This document shows, piece after piece, positions 19,013 through 27,802 of a stretch of DNA of 52,315 nt. The notes under the pieces are model-generated. The model saw only the letters and a list, made by a program, of their open reading frames with translations, searched no databases and was not told the DNA's origin. This DNA is from Candidatus Bathyarchaeia archaeon (GTDB lineage Archaea > Thermoproteota > Bathyarchaeia > Bathyarchaeales > DTEX01): NCBI GenBank assembly GCA_038866525.1, contig JAWBZG010000003.1, forward strand, positions 1 through 52,315. The letters are read 5' to 3'. The translations under genes and the position numbers were made by a program. Numbering within the stretch: position 1 is the first letter of the stretch; each line of letters starts with the position of its first letter.

Positions 19013-19834
19013 ATAATCTTCACAATTACCCCTAGATGCGAGTTTAGGGTTCCCATATATGCGGACTGCATATCCCCGGACATATTTGACGGAAAAAGCG
19101 TGGAGGAGATACTGGGGTTAAAAGTTTGGGAAGGCAATAGGATCCGCCATCTAAAAGATCTCTTTAATGTGAGGATCAGCCAGTCCGGCGGCGACGAGAC
19201 CATAATAAATCTTGTCGGGGACTTTATTAAGGTTCGAAGGGTCGGGGCGAATATGAGTAAGGGTAGGATAATCGTGGATGGCAATATCGGCATGCATTTA
19301 GGCGAGGGGATGAGGGGCGGGGAGATAATAGTTAACGGTTACGCCGATTCCTGGGCTGGGGGTTCAATGAAGGGCGGCAGAATCGAGATTAATGGCTCAG
19401 CCGGCGATTATCTTGGCGCCCCATACCGTGGAAGCTCTGAAGGTATGAGGGGTGGAGCAATAATTGTGCATGGTGACGCTGGCAGAGAGGTCGGATGCCT
19501 AATGAGGGGCGGATTAATAAGGGTTTTCGGCTCCGTTAAGCACTTTGTTGGCGTGAACATGCTCGATGGAACAATACTTGTTCATGGGGATTGTGCTGGT
19601 AAGGCTGGGGGAGGCATGCTTGGAGGAAGAATAATTATATGTGGCTATATACCATCAGTTCTCCCCACATTCTCGATAGACGACTTAAGGCCAAGCGTTA
19701 ATGTTGACGGAGAAAAAATAGTGGGACCATTCTACCGCTTCGTGGGCGACATGGCTGAAGGCGGGGACGGAAGACTATTTGTATCGAAGCCTAAGAACAC
19801 GCATTTAGCGTTCTATGAAAAGTATCTGCAATAA
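19013..19834 (+). CDS. fwdC: Formylmethanofuran dehydrogenase subunit C (start extended to ATA at 19013)
   Basis: VPIYADCISPD.F.GKS upstream of the called GTG; WEGN, GxGxxMxGG beta-helix repeats, G.YRG...GM.GG. Confidence 0.93.
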   Translation: MIFTITPRCEFRVPIYADCISPDIFDGKSVEEILGLKVWEGNRIRHLKDLFNVRISQSGGDETIINLVGDFIKVRRVGANMSKGRIIVDGNIGMHLGEGMRGGEIIVNGYADSWAGGSMKGGRIEINGSAGDYLGAPYRGSSEGMRGGAIIVHGDAGREVGCLMRGGLIRVFGSVKHFVGVNMLDGTILVHGDCAGKAGGGMLGGRIIICGYIPSVLPTFSIDDLRPSVNVDGEKIVGPFYRFVGDMAEGGDGRLFVSKPKNTHLAFYEKYLQ

Positions 19835-19856
19835 TATGTTAAGGAGGTTTTTCTAA

Positions 19857-20816
19857 TTGATTCCAAGCGTGAATAATGGAGCTATGAGAATAGTTAGGGA
19901 AGTATACGGGAACCCGGAAAAATATAATGTTATCGTTGAAAGAAGTGGTCTAGGGGCGCATATAATTGACGCTGGAATAAAAGCTGGAGGAGGCTTCCTG
20001 ATAGGCAAACTCATCGTAGAAGTGTGTTTAGGTGGCTTAGGCGAAGCGCAGATTTCGCTGATGCATCTGGGCGAATTAGATATTCCGTTGATAAACGTCT
20101 GTACAGATTATCCTCCGATCGCAACTTTAGGTTCACAAATGGCTGGCTGGAGAATTAAGGTGGGCGAATATGCCGCTATAGGATCGGGTCCAGCTAGAGC
20201 CCTAGCCCGGAAGCCTAAAAACATATATGAGAAGATAGGCTACAAGGATGAAGCTAACGAAGCAGTAATCGTGCTAGAATCCTCTAGAGAGCCCCCGGAG
20301 GAAGCCATTGAAACCATCGCTGAATCATGCCATGTATCGCCTGAAAACCTATTTGTCGTTGTTGCGTCAACTTCATCTATAGCTGGTTTAACGCAGATTT
20401 CCGGTAGAATAGTTGAGGTAGGCATGTATAAGCTGACTGAGCTCGGTTTGGATCCGAGGACAGTGTTATATGCTTTTGGACAAGCTCCTATCCCACCTCC
20501 CCACCCGGACTTGATTGAATCTATGGGCAGGTCGAATGATGCCATATTATATGGGGGTTCAGCCTACTATATTGTGAGGCATGAAGATGACAGTTATTTG
20601 AAAAACATTGTTGAAGAAGCGGTTTCATCATCTTCGAAGGATTATGGAAAGACATTCGCGGAAATATTTAAGGAGGCTGGACAAGACTTTTATAAAGTTG
20701 ACCCAAAAATATTTGCTCCGGCGAAGATAACCATCGTAAATGAGAAGACTGGGAGAATATTTACTGCTGGGAGAATAAATGCGGGTCTCTTAATGAAATC
20801 AATTGGCCACCGCTAA
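19857..20816 (+). CDS. mch: Methenyltetrahydromethanopterin cyclohydrolase
   Basis: SVN, IDAG, LGSQMAGW, GSGPARAL, GRSNDAILYGG, DFYKVD...FAPA. Confidence 0.95.
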   Translation: MIPSVNNGAMRIVREVYGNPEKYNVIVERSGLGAHIIDAGIKAGGGFLIGKLIVEVCLGGLGEAQISLMHLGELDIPLINVCTDYPPIATLGSQMAGWRIKVGEYAAIGSGPARALARKPKNIYEKIGYKDEANEAVIVLESSREPPEEAIETIAESCHVSPENLFVVVASTSSIAGLTQISGRIVEVGMYKLTELGLDPRTVLYAFGQAPIPPPHPDLIESMGRSNDAILYGGSAYYIVRHEDDSYLKNIVEEAVSSSSKDYGKTFAEIFKEAGQDFYKVDPKIFAPAKITIVNEKTGRIFTAGRINAGLLMKSIGHR

Positions 20817-20872
20817 GCACCGTTAATTGGCTTAAGCCACTAAGCATTGACCATGTTGTTTATAGGTAAATC

Positions 20873-21919
20873 TTATACAGTTTTTGTAGAAGTCTCCCTC
20901 TTCCTTTTTGACATCTTAATTAGTAGGTCGATAATCTTACTGTTCTCAACTGGCTTCGCTTTTATTATTCCTTTTAACTCCGCCCCTTTAAATATTTCTT
21001 CGCCAATCTCTGTGCGCACTATTGTTAGAGACCAGCCTTCAAGCCCTAACCCACCAACCGATATGTCAGCCAGCTCTGCGGAGAAGTCTGGACACACTCT
21101 ACAGAACTTACATGCGTAATCCTTAACCTCCTTCAATGATAATGCTTTAACTTCATTGCTCCTCATTTTCAGAATCATCTTCCCCTTTATGTTAACCTTC
21201 ACCACCTCGCTCAGCTCGATGCCCATTTTCCCCTGTAGAAAATCCTTAACTAGTCCTTCATACGTGAAGCTCTCGCTGCAGAAGAGGCCGGCTGTAAACT
21301 TTACGGCGTCAGCATACTTTTTTAATGGGAGCATCTCCATTCTTCTAAAGGCATGGATTTGGCATGGTGTTCCAACAAAAGCCATTTTTCCAATCTTCTT
21401 CTGAACGCCTTCTCTAAGCGCAAGCATGTTTGGCGAATACGTATACCTTGTCCCCGCGCTCCTCATTATATCACTTTTTGAGAGGGCAAGTTTTGGAACT
21501 GCTTTCAGAGGCTCTTCGGGGCTTTCGCTGGATAAGGCGGCTCCATTAATTAAGCCTTCCTCAAGTGCAAATATTAGGAGCGAAGTTACAACTCCACCAT
21601 CCTGGCAAACACTTAGAATTTCGTTGTTTGTCGCTTGAGCTACGACAACCCGCTTATATATGCCGAATTCTTCTTCAACGCTCCGCCTTCTCCCGAAGAT
21701 AAACTCCTCCAGCGACGGTATAGATAAGCTGAATCTCGGGCATACCTGGGCGCATATACCGCATGTTTTGCAATCGCCAATGATTTTAGGCAGGCTGTCA
21801 GCATATTCGAGACAATTAAATGGGCAAGAAATGACGCATGATGCGCATCCAACACATAAGCCCCGCTCAACAACCATTCTCCCTAAAGATTCCTCAAAAC
21901 CAACCTTTTGGATAGGCAT
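20873..21919 (-). CDS. FrhB/FpoF-family F420-interacting subunit with N-terminal 2[4Fe-4S] domain
   Basis: CVGCASCVISCP, CKTCGICAQVCP, QDGGVVT, GTPCQ, GLFC, C.VC.DF.AELADISVG. ATG at 21919 follows GGAGGA. Confidence 0.9.
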   Translation of the reverse strand: MPIQKVGFEESLGRMVVERGLCVGCASCVISCPFNCLEYADSLPKIIGDCKTCGICAQVCPRFSLSIPSLEEFIFGRRRSVEEEFGIYKRVVVAQATNNEILSVCQDGGVVTSLLIFALEEGLINGAALSSESPEEPLKAVPKLALSKSDIMRSAGTRYTYSPNMLALREGVQKKIGKMAFVGTPCQIHAFRRMEMLPLKKYADAVKFTAGLFCSESFTYEGLVKDFLQGKMGIELSEVVKVNIKGKMILKMRSNEVKALSLKEVKDYACKFCRVCPDFSAELADISVGGLGLEGWSLTIVRTEIGEEIFKGAELKGIIKAKPVENSKIIDLLIKMSKRKRETSTKTV

Positions 21920-22049
21920 ATCGCTCAGTCCTCCGCATCCCAAAAGTAAATCTGAACGTAGATTAAATCTAAGAAAAGAATTAATATAATTTTGCTTCAA
22001 TCTATTTTCGGATTAATCGAATGTCTGCTTAAATTGAGCAGGGTTTCAC

Positions 22050-22973
22050 TTGGCTCACTTAAATGATTTATTCAATGAATCTCTAAAGGTTGATTCGCAA
22101 AAATATTTAGGCTTAATTGAGCGTGTTGATCAGATTTTATCTGAAGAGGAGAAAGGCGGAGGAAAGCTGAAAACTGTCGGCAAGCTTATTAGTGTTCCTC
22201 CGGATAGAGAGGCGATCATTGTAGGAGATATTCACGGCGATCTAACCAGCCTGAAACATATATTGTCCGAAACAAAATTTGTTGAGAAAGCACGGGCTGA
22301 AAACAACATTTACCTGATTTTTCTTGGCGACTATGGTGATAGAGGCGTATACTCGCCAGAAGTTTACTATGTAGTCTTAACTTTAAAGGAGGTTTTCCCA
22401 GAAAAAGTTATTCTTCTGCAAGGTAATCATGAAGGCCCTGAAGATCTGCTGGCGTATCCGCATGATCTGCCATATCAATTGATGAGGAAGTTTAAGGCGG
22501 ATGGATTAGGAGTATATAGGGAGCTAAGCCGGCTCTTCAGGCGCTTTTATACAGCTGCGATCGTAGAGAATAAGCTTGTGATGCTTCATGGCGGGGTTCC
22601 AAGCGAAGCTAGGAGCCTAGAGGATATAGCGTTTGCATATAAAAAGCATCCGTTTGAAAGTCACTTGGAAGAGATTTTATGGAGCGACCCAAGCGACGAT
22701 ATACGTGGTAAACAACCGTCTCCGCGTGGAGCTGGATACTTGTTTGGCGAAGATATCACCAGAAGATTTCTTGAAACTCTAAACATTAAACTTGTGATTA
22801 GGGGGCATGAGCCGGCTTTTAACGGCTATAAGACTAACCATGGTGGTAGAATTCTAACTTTGTTCTCTAGGAAGGGAAGCCCATACTATAATGCTTATGC
22901 AGCGTACGCTACATTAAACTTATCCATTGATCCAAGCCCTGAGCGTATAGAGAGGTTCATAAGAAGGTTCTAA
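22050..22973 (+). CDS. PPP-family Ser/Thr protein phosphatase
   Basis: GDIHG, GDYGDRG, GNHE, HGG, LWSDP, SPRG.G..FG, RGHE, TLFS. Confidence 0.92.
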   Translation: MAHLNDLFNESLKVDSQKYLGLIERVDQILSEEEKGGGKLKTVGKLISVPPDREAIIVGDIHGDLTSLKHILSETKFVEKARAENNIYLIFLGDYGDRGVYSPEVYYVVLTLKEVFPEKVILLQGNHEGPEDLLAYPHDLPYQLMRKFKADGLGVYRELSRLFRRFYTAAIVENKLVMLHGGVPSEARSLEDIAFAYKKHPFESHLEEILWSDPSDDIRGKQPSPRGAGYLFGEDITRRFLETLNIKLVIRGHEPAFNGYKTNHGGRILTLFSRKGSPYYNAYAAYATLNLSIDPSPERIERFIRRF

Positions 22974-23091
22974 ATGAGAAACATGCGGCCGAAATCTCTT
23001 GCTAGCTAATGTCTTGAAACCTAAAAACTTTTAAACCGAGTCAAAAAGAAATGTTAAACGAGGATAGCTGAGCATAACGTGTGGTGAAAAT

Positions 23092-23355
23092 CTGCTTTAC
23101 AGAATAGACTTGACAAAGATTGAGGGTGAGGGGGATTTCCCCTGCCCTTCATGCGGAAACATAATATCGCCGGAAGATGAAAGCAACTTAAACTATGAGA
23201 TAATAGACGTTAAGATGGATCCTCAAGGAAGGCTTAAAGAGCTGCTAATCGTTTGCAAAAGATGTGGGAGCAAAATATGTTTAGAGGGATTTGAACTGTT
23301 AGATAAGCTAGAAAATCTTGAGGGAGCGGAGGAGATAGAAGATTCTACCATGTAG
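23092..23355 (+). CDS. Small zinc-ribbon protein (start CTG 23092 or TTG 23110)
   Basis: CPSCG ... CKRCG pair; GGTGA RBS before the CTG. Confidence 0.75.
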   Translation: MLYRIDLTKIEGEGDFPCPSCGNIISPEDESNLNYEIIDVKMDPQGRLKELLIVCKRCGSKICLEGFELLDKLENLEGAEEIEDSTM

Positions 23356-23399
23356 AATGCGATGAAATTTTTAAGTGTTTTAAGCCGGGGTGAAACTTA

Positions 23400-24374
23400 T
23401 TGGAGCTGAAGGGATATTATACATCTACTATTGGAAGTTTTCCTTTAGAGGATACTAACGCCAATAGGGAGAGGTGCATAAGAGATTTAATCGCTTTAGG
23501 TATAGATTTCCCCGCCTACCCCCAGTTAATTGATATGGGGAGGCAGTTCTTAGATGAACTAGTATCCCAAGATTGCGGGATAATTTACGAGCATAATAGG
23601 TATAGGCTGGCGGGCAAAGATATAAATGTTGATGTTAAGCCGCCTGGACTTGAACCCTTTTTATGGACCATGAGATACGTGAGAGAAAAGGGGTTAAAGG
23701 TTAATATTAAGGCGGCTATAACGGGACCATTCACCCTATCCTCCTATATAGAGGTTGATAGGGGGTCGGTTTTCCTTAGTACGGCTCTGTCAGATATTAG
23801 GTTAGTTGAACAAATCGCGCAAATAGTGTCTAAGGTTTGCGAGGAAGTGTCAAAAGATTCAGCAATGATATCTATAGATGAGCCGATTCTAGGGATCATT
23901 GTGGGTGCGAGAATGGCGTTTAAATATTCAGAAAATGATATTAGAAAGATACTTAATGGCTTAAAAAACAGCTGTAAGAATGCGCCTACTGGGATACATA
24001 TATGCGGTAAAATTTCGCCAAAATTAGCTGGCATCCTATTAAATTCGGATTTAGATTTTTTAAGCCATGAATTTTACGATTCGCCTGAAAACATGAAAGT
24101 ATATGATCCTTTAAGCCTGAAAAGCGCTGGAAAGATCTTATCGGTTGGTTGCGTATCGAGTAGGAATCCGAGGGTAGAAACCACAGAAGAGATCTTTGAG
24201 TTAATCATGAAGTTCAAAGATTATAATGATTGCCTAATTTTCACACCGGACTGTGGTTTCAGAAATCTTATTATTGAGGGTTCAAGGGAGAGGGGTTATG
24301 AGGCAGCCATAGCGAAGCTCAGAAATATGATTGAAGCTGTGTCAAAATTTAAGGTTCTTTCCTCATTAAATTAG
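23400..24374 (+). CDS. Core (catalytic-domain-only) cobalamin-independent methionine synthase, MesA-like
   Basis: T.IGSFP, ITGPFTL, IDEP, HIC, HEF, TPDCG; 324 aa with no N-terminal MetE half. Confidence 0.8.
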   Translation: MELKGYYTSTIGSFPLEDTNANRERCIRDLIALGIDFPAYPQLIDMGRQFLDELVSQDCGIIYEHNRYRLAGKDINVDVKPPGLEPFLWTMRYVREKGLKVNIKAAITGPFTLSSYIEVDRGSVFLSTALSDIRLVEQIAQIVSKVCEEVSKDSAMISIDEPILGIIVGARMAFKYSENDIRKILNGLKNSCKNAPTGIHICGKISPKLAGILLNSDLDFLSHEFYDSPENMKVYDPLSLKSAGKILSVGCVSSRNPRVETTEEIFELIMKFKDYNDCLIFTPDCGFRNLIIEGSRERGYEAAIAKLRNMIEAVSKFKVLSSLN

Positions 24375-25598
24375 CCCGACGCTCTGAAGTATTTTCTTAA
24401 ACTCCTCCTCCCTTAAAGATGCTTTTCTCCCAGTTTCATAGAGCTTCTTAACTTCTTGAACAACATCCATAAGCTTGTCGGGGTCAGGTTCTTTACCAGT
24501 AATTTCAATTATTTTATGCCTTATGATGGCTTTTCCGGAGTGCTTGCCTATTGTTAGCCTACGCTTATTTCCGACAAGCTCTGGCGGATAAGGCTCATAT
24601 GTTGCCGGGTCATTTAGAACACCATGTGTATGAATCCCAGACTCATGTGCAAACGCGTATGCTCCGACAATAGCCTTGTTGGGCGGAATAACGTAGCCGG
24701 TTGCTCGACTTATGGTTTCAGCTAGAGCTGTTAACTTCTGTGTTTTTCCCTCAAATTTTTTAACTCCATAATGTAGATATAGGTTCATTATAACCTTCTC
24801 GGTCTCAGCGTTGCCGGCTCGTTCACCTATCCCAAGGAAGGTTGTGCTCAAGTAGATTCGATCCCATATCCCATTAGCCGCCCTCACCGCAGCAATAGTG
24901 TTCTCAACCGAATTGCCGAAATCATCGTGCGCGTGAATCTCTATATCCCTAATTTTCGTCTCATATTTTATGGCTTTAATTTTAGCTGGAATACCATTGG
25001 GTAGAGGGGCATTGGGGTCGGATAACCCAACCCCAACGGTATCGCATATCCTATAGCATTCAGCTCCAGCGTCGGCTACAGCGTTAATAAACCTCTTCTC
25101 AAACTCCCAGTCAGCTCTCGTGCTATCTTCTCCATGAACAAAAACCCTTAATCCATGGTCTTTGGCGGCGTATTCAACTACTTCAACAACCCTGTTTAAT
25201 AGGTCGTCGGGACTTTTATCCGGCCACTTAGCCCTGAAATGTATGTAGGAAACTGGGTGGGATATACCGACCTCCTCAAAGCCGCAATCTATCGCATCAT
25301 CTATATCCTCTTTAACAGCCCTACACCACCCGGCGAGACGGGCGCTTAAACCCATTTTCTGAATAAGCTTAACAGCTTCTTTATCGGGCTTCTGATAGTG
25401 GTGTAACTCTATCCGCTCGACTCCGACCTCATCTAATAGGCGGGCTATTTCCGCAGCATCCTCCGGGGAAACAGCTAAGCCGGGCATCTGGACGCCATCC
25501 CTGAGCGTTGTATCATCAATAATGGGGTCAACTTTTAGAGACATTCTAAAATATATGTCCTCAAAGGACGAGACGCCTTTCGCCTCTTTTGTGCCCAT
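24366..25598 (-). CDS. DRE-TIM acyl-CoA condensing enzyme (homocitrate synthase / Re-citrate synthase-like)
   Basis: DTTLRDGVQ, EDSTRAD, CDTVG, HAHDDFG, GIGERAGNA, FAHESGIH; no LeuA regulatory domain. Confidence 0.85.
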   Translation of the reverse strand: MGTKEAKGVSSFEDIYFRMSLKVDPIIDDTTLRDGVQMPGLAVSPEDAAEIARLLDEVGVERIELHHYQKPDKEAVKLIQKMGLSARLAGWCRAVKEDIDDAIDCGFEEVGISHPVSYIHFRAKWPDKSPDDLLNRVVEVVEYAAKDHGLRVFVHGEDSTRADWEFEKRFINAVADAGAECYRICDTVGVGLSDPNAPLPNGIPAKIKAIKYETKIRDIEIHAHDDFGNSVENTIAAVRAANGIWDRIYLSTTFLGIGERAGNAETEKVIMNLYLHYGVKKFEGKTQKLTALAETISRATGYVIPPNKAIVGAYAFAHESGIHTHGVLNDPATYEPYPPELVGNKRRLTIGKHSGKAIIRHKIIEITGKEPDPDKLMDVVQEVKKLYETGRKASLREEEFKKILQSVGLI

Positions 25599-25599
25599 T

Positions 25600-25911
25600 T
25601 TATTCGCCTCCACTTATATTTTCATTTACATGCGATGGATTCGATTCTGGTGGATGGAAAATTGAGATTAACGTTTCCGTACGCACAACGTTGGGGTGCT
25701 GCTCGATCATTTCGTAAATTATTTTTTGTAGCTCTTCAAGGCTATTAGCCTCAATGATTACAACGGCATCGTATCTCCCGAGAACCGAGTTAGCCATCTT
25801 AACGCCCCTTATACGCCTAGACTTAACTATTTCCTCAGATGTTCCTGGTTTCATCCTCACGAGGACGAAAGCCCTTAAAGGTTTCTTTCTCAGATCCTTG
25901 ACTGCGCACAT
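25600..25911 (-). CDS. Stand-alone Lrp/AsnC ligand-binding (RAM) domain protein
   Basis: RAFVLV...PG, V.GRYD.V, V.RTETLI; no HTH. Confidence 0.85.
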   Translation of the reverse strand: MCAVKDLRKKPLRAFVLVRMKPGTSEEIVKSRRIRGVKMANSVLGRYDAVVIIEANSLEELQKIIYEMIEQHPNVVRTETLISIFHPPESNPSHVNENISGGE

Positions 25912-25929
25912 ATGCTAACCCTCAAATAA

Positions 25930-26172
25930 TCATCCTATTTCCCTTAAGACGAGCGATGTCTCCGTGTGGATAATGTCGGGGTCTCTCTCAATAACATTGT
26001 ATAGCAGATTATGCAGCGCCTCAAAATTTGGGGCTTCAACTATAATTATGGCGTCAAACCTACCATATATTGCGTCCGCCTGAACGACTTCCTTAACTTT
26101 ACTCTTTATCCTCTTAACTACCTCCAATGAGGTACCGGGCCTTGTCTCAACAAATATATATGCTCTTATCAT
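25930..26172 (-). CDS. Stand-alone Lrp/AsnC ligand-binding (RAM) domain protein
   Basis: RAYIFV...PG, YGRFD.I, I.HTETSLV; no HTH. Confidence 0.85.
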   Translation of the reverse strand: MIRAYIFVETRPGTSLEVVKRIKSKVKEVVQADAIYGRFDAIIIVEAPNFEALHNLLYNVIERDPDIIHTETSLVLREIG

Positions 26173-26193
26173 TAAACACACCTCCACCTCAAA

Positions 26194-27672
26194 CTAATAG
26201 TCAAGGTATTTCATTATCTCCCATGGCGTTATGTAAAGACAGTATTGGTGCCAGTCGTTCATCTTGTACTCTATAAAGGCGTCAAAAATGTGGCTTCCAA
26301 GGGTTCGGTGGATCACCTCGTCGCTTTTCATCTCATCAATAGCTTCCTTCAAAGTTGTTGGCAGCTCAATTATACCGAGATGTCTCCTTCTCTCAGGGGA
26401 CAGCTTATATATATCCTCGTCAACTGGATCGCCTGGATCAATCTTCTTCTTTATGCCGTCGAGCCCAGCCATTAGGAGACATGAAAAGGCTAGGTAAGGA
26501 TTACATGAGGGGTCGGCGCCCCGGTACTCGATTCGCTTATAAGCGGCGTATTCCGGACCCCTATAGTAAACTGGGATTCTAATTAGCGCGGACCTGTTTC
26601 GCCGCGACCACACCACGTAAATCGGAGCTTCAAACCCTGGGACAAGCCGCTTATATGAGTTTACAGTTGGGCAGCAGACAGCCGTCAAAGCCCTAGCATG
26701 CTCAAGTAGGCCGCCAATAAAGTATCTTCCAACCTGACTTATCTCAGCGTACTCATCATTCTCATCATACATAGCGTTCAAATTATCCCTCCATAGTGAT
26801 ATGTGGACATGCATTCCGCTGGCGTTGTCTAAATATATCGGCTTTGGCATAAACGTCACTATTAGACCACGCCTTTTAGCAACATTCTTCGATACAAACT
26901 TATAGTAGATTACTTTATCAGCGGTCTCAACGAGCTGCCCATACCGAAAGTTTATCTCAATCTGCCCGGCGGTTGCAACCTCATGGTGATGCTTTTCAAT
27001 CTTAAATCCGAAATAGTCCTCGAGGATGGATGAGACCTCGTTCCTATATTCGATCGTCGTATCCTCTGGTGGCGGCTTATAGTAGGCTTCTCGAGGCCTA
27101 ATCACGTAGCCTCCGCTGGTGATCTCAGGCGACTGAGGAACAACTCTCGGCGCCCCCCAAGAATCGCTTTTTCCGCCGTCTGGGGTAACCCAGAGATCCC
27201 AAACAAGCTTTGTTGGATCTATCGATGAGAATAGGAAGCACTCTATCTCTGGAGCGAAAAATCCGGTGTACCCCATTTCAGTAGCAGCCTTAACAGCTCT
27301 CTTTGCAACGTAACCTCTAGGATCAACTTCGGACGGATATGTGCCCCCATAAGCCTCATAGACATCTCCTAAAACTATCGCGCTTTTCTGGCTATCCTCA
27401 TTTGTCCATGGAATTATTGCGAGCGTTTCCGGATCTGGCATGAGAACCATGTCGGATTCCTCAATAGACTTGAATCCCCTAACAGCCGAACCGTCAAAAC
27501 CTAAACCTGACTTAAAGGCGTCTCCCTCAATAAACTCTCTAGCGGGAACCACCATGTCCTGCATTAAACCCCTTATATCAACGAAGGATGCGTGGATCCA
27601 CCGAACCCTGTTCGCCTTTAAGATTTCAATAGCTCTTTTAACTGCCTTATCAAAGGATTCCGCGTGCTCCAA
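26194..27672 (-). CDS. glnA: Glutamine synthetase type I
   Basis: FDGSAV.GF..IEESDM, HHEVATAGQ.E, FMPKP, GMHVH, NSYKRLVPGFEAP, NRSA, CNPYL. Confidence 0.96.
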   Translation of the reverse strand: MEHAESFDKAVKRAIEILKANRVRWIHASFVDIRGLMQDMVVPAREFIEGDAFKSGLGFDGSAVRGFKSIEESDMVLMPDPETLAIIPWTNEDSQKSAIVLGDVYEAYGGTYPSEVDPRGYVAKRAVKAATEMGYTGFFAPEIECFLFSSIDPTKLVWDLWVTPDGGKSDSWGAPRVVPQSPEITSGGYVIRPREAYYKPPPEDTTIEYRNEVSSILEDYFGFKIEKHHHEVATAGQIEINFRYGQLVETADKVIYYKFVSKNVAKRRGLIVTFMPKPIYLDNASGMHVHISLWRDNLNAMYDENDEYAEISQVGRYFIGGLLEHARALTAVCCPTVNSYKRLVPGFEAPIYVVWSRRNRSALIRIPVYYRGPEYAAYKRIEYRGADPSCNPYLAFSCLLMAGLDGIKKKIDPGDPVDEDIYKLSPERRRHLGIIELPTTLKEAIDEMKSDEVIHRTLGSHIFDAFIEYKMNDWHQYCLYITPWEIMKYLDY

Positions 27673-27764
27673 CCGTTCTCCACCGTTCTATTCAATGATT
27701 TGCTTTTAAAATACACACCCATATATAAGTTTTTCCTTAAATTTTGAGAAATTTTTAAATATTG

Positions 27765-27790
27765 TTATTCATTTTTGAATAATTGTTCAA
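27765..27790. promoter_or_regulatory. Putative Lrp operator between divergent glnA and Lrp genes
   Basis: Palindrome TTATTCA-TTTT-TGAATAA (27765-27782) overlapping TTGAA-TAATTG-TTCAA. Confidence 0.45.
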
Positions 27791-27802
27791 TAGATTTGGG
27801 AG

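Noticed and set aside
19250-19640. Repetitive GGC/GGA-rich DNA
   Set aside because: Explained by the FwdC Gly-rich beta-helix coding repeats; not a CRISPR array or tandem repeat.
17294-20816. Evidence of methanogenesis
   Set aside because: fwd and mch also serve acetogenic or oxidative C1 metabolism; no mcr or mtr is in the window.
21920-22000. Longer N-termini from the ORF track (FrhB here; likewise serS, purB, RPA, Sec61beta, HTH-CBS)
   Set aside because: Downstream starts match the expected family N-termini and in most cases have better RBS placement.
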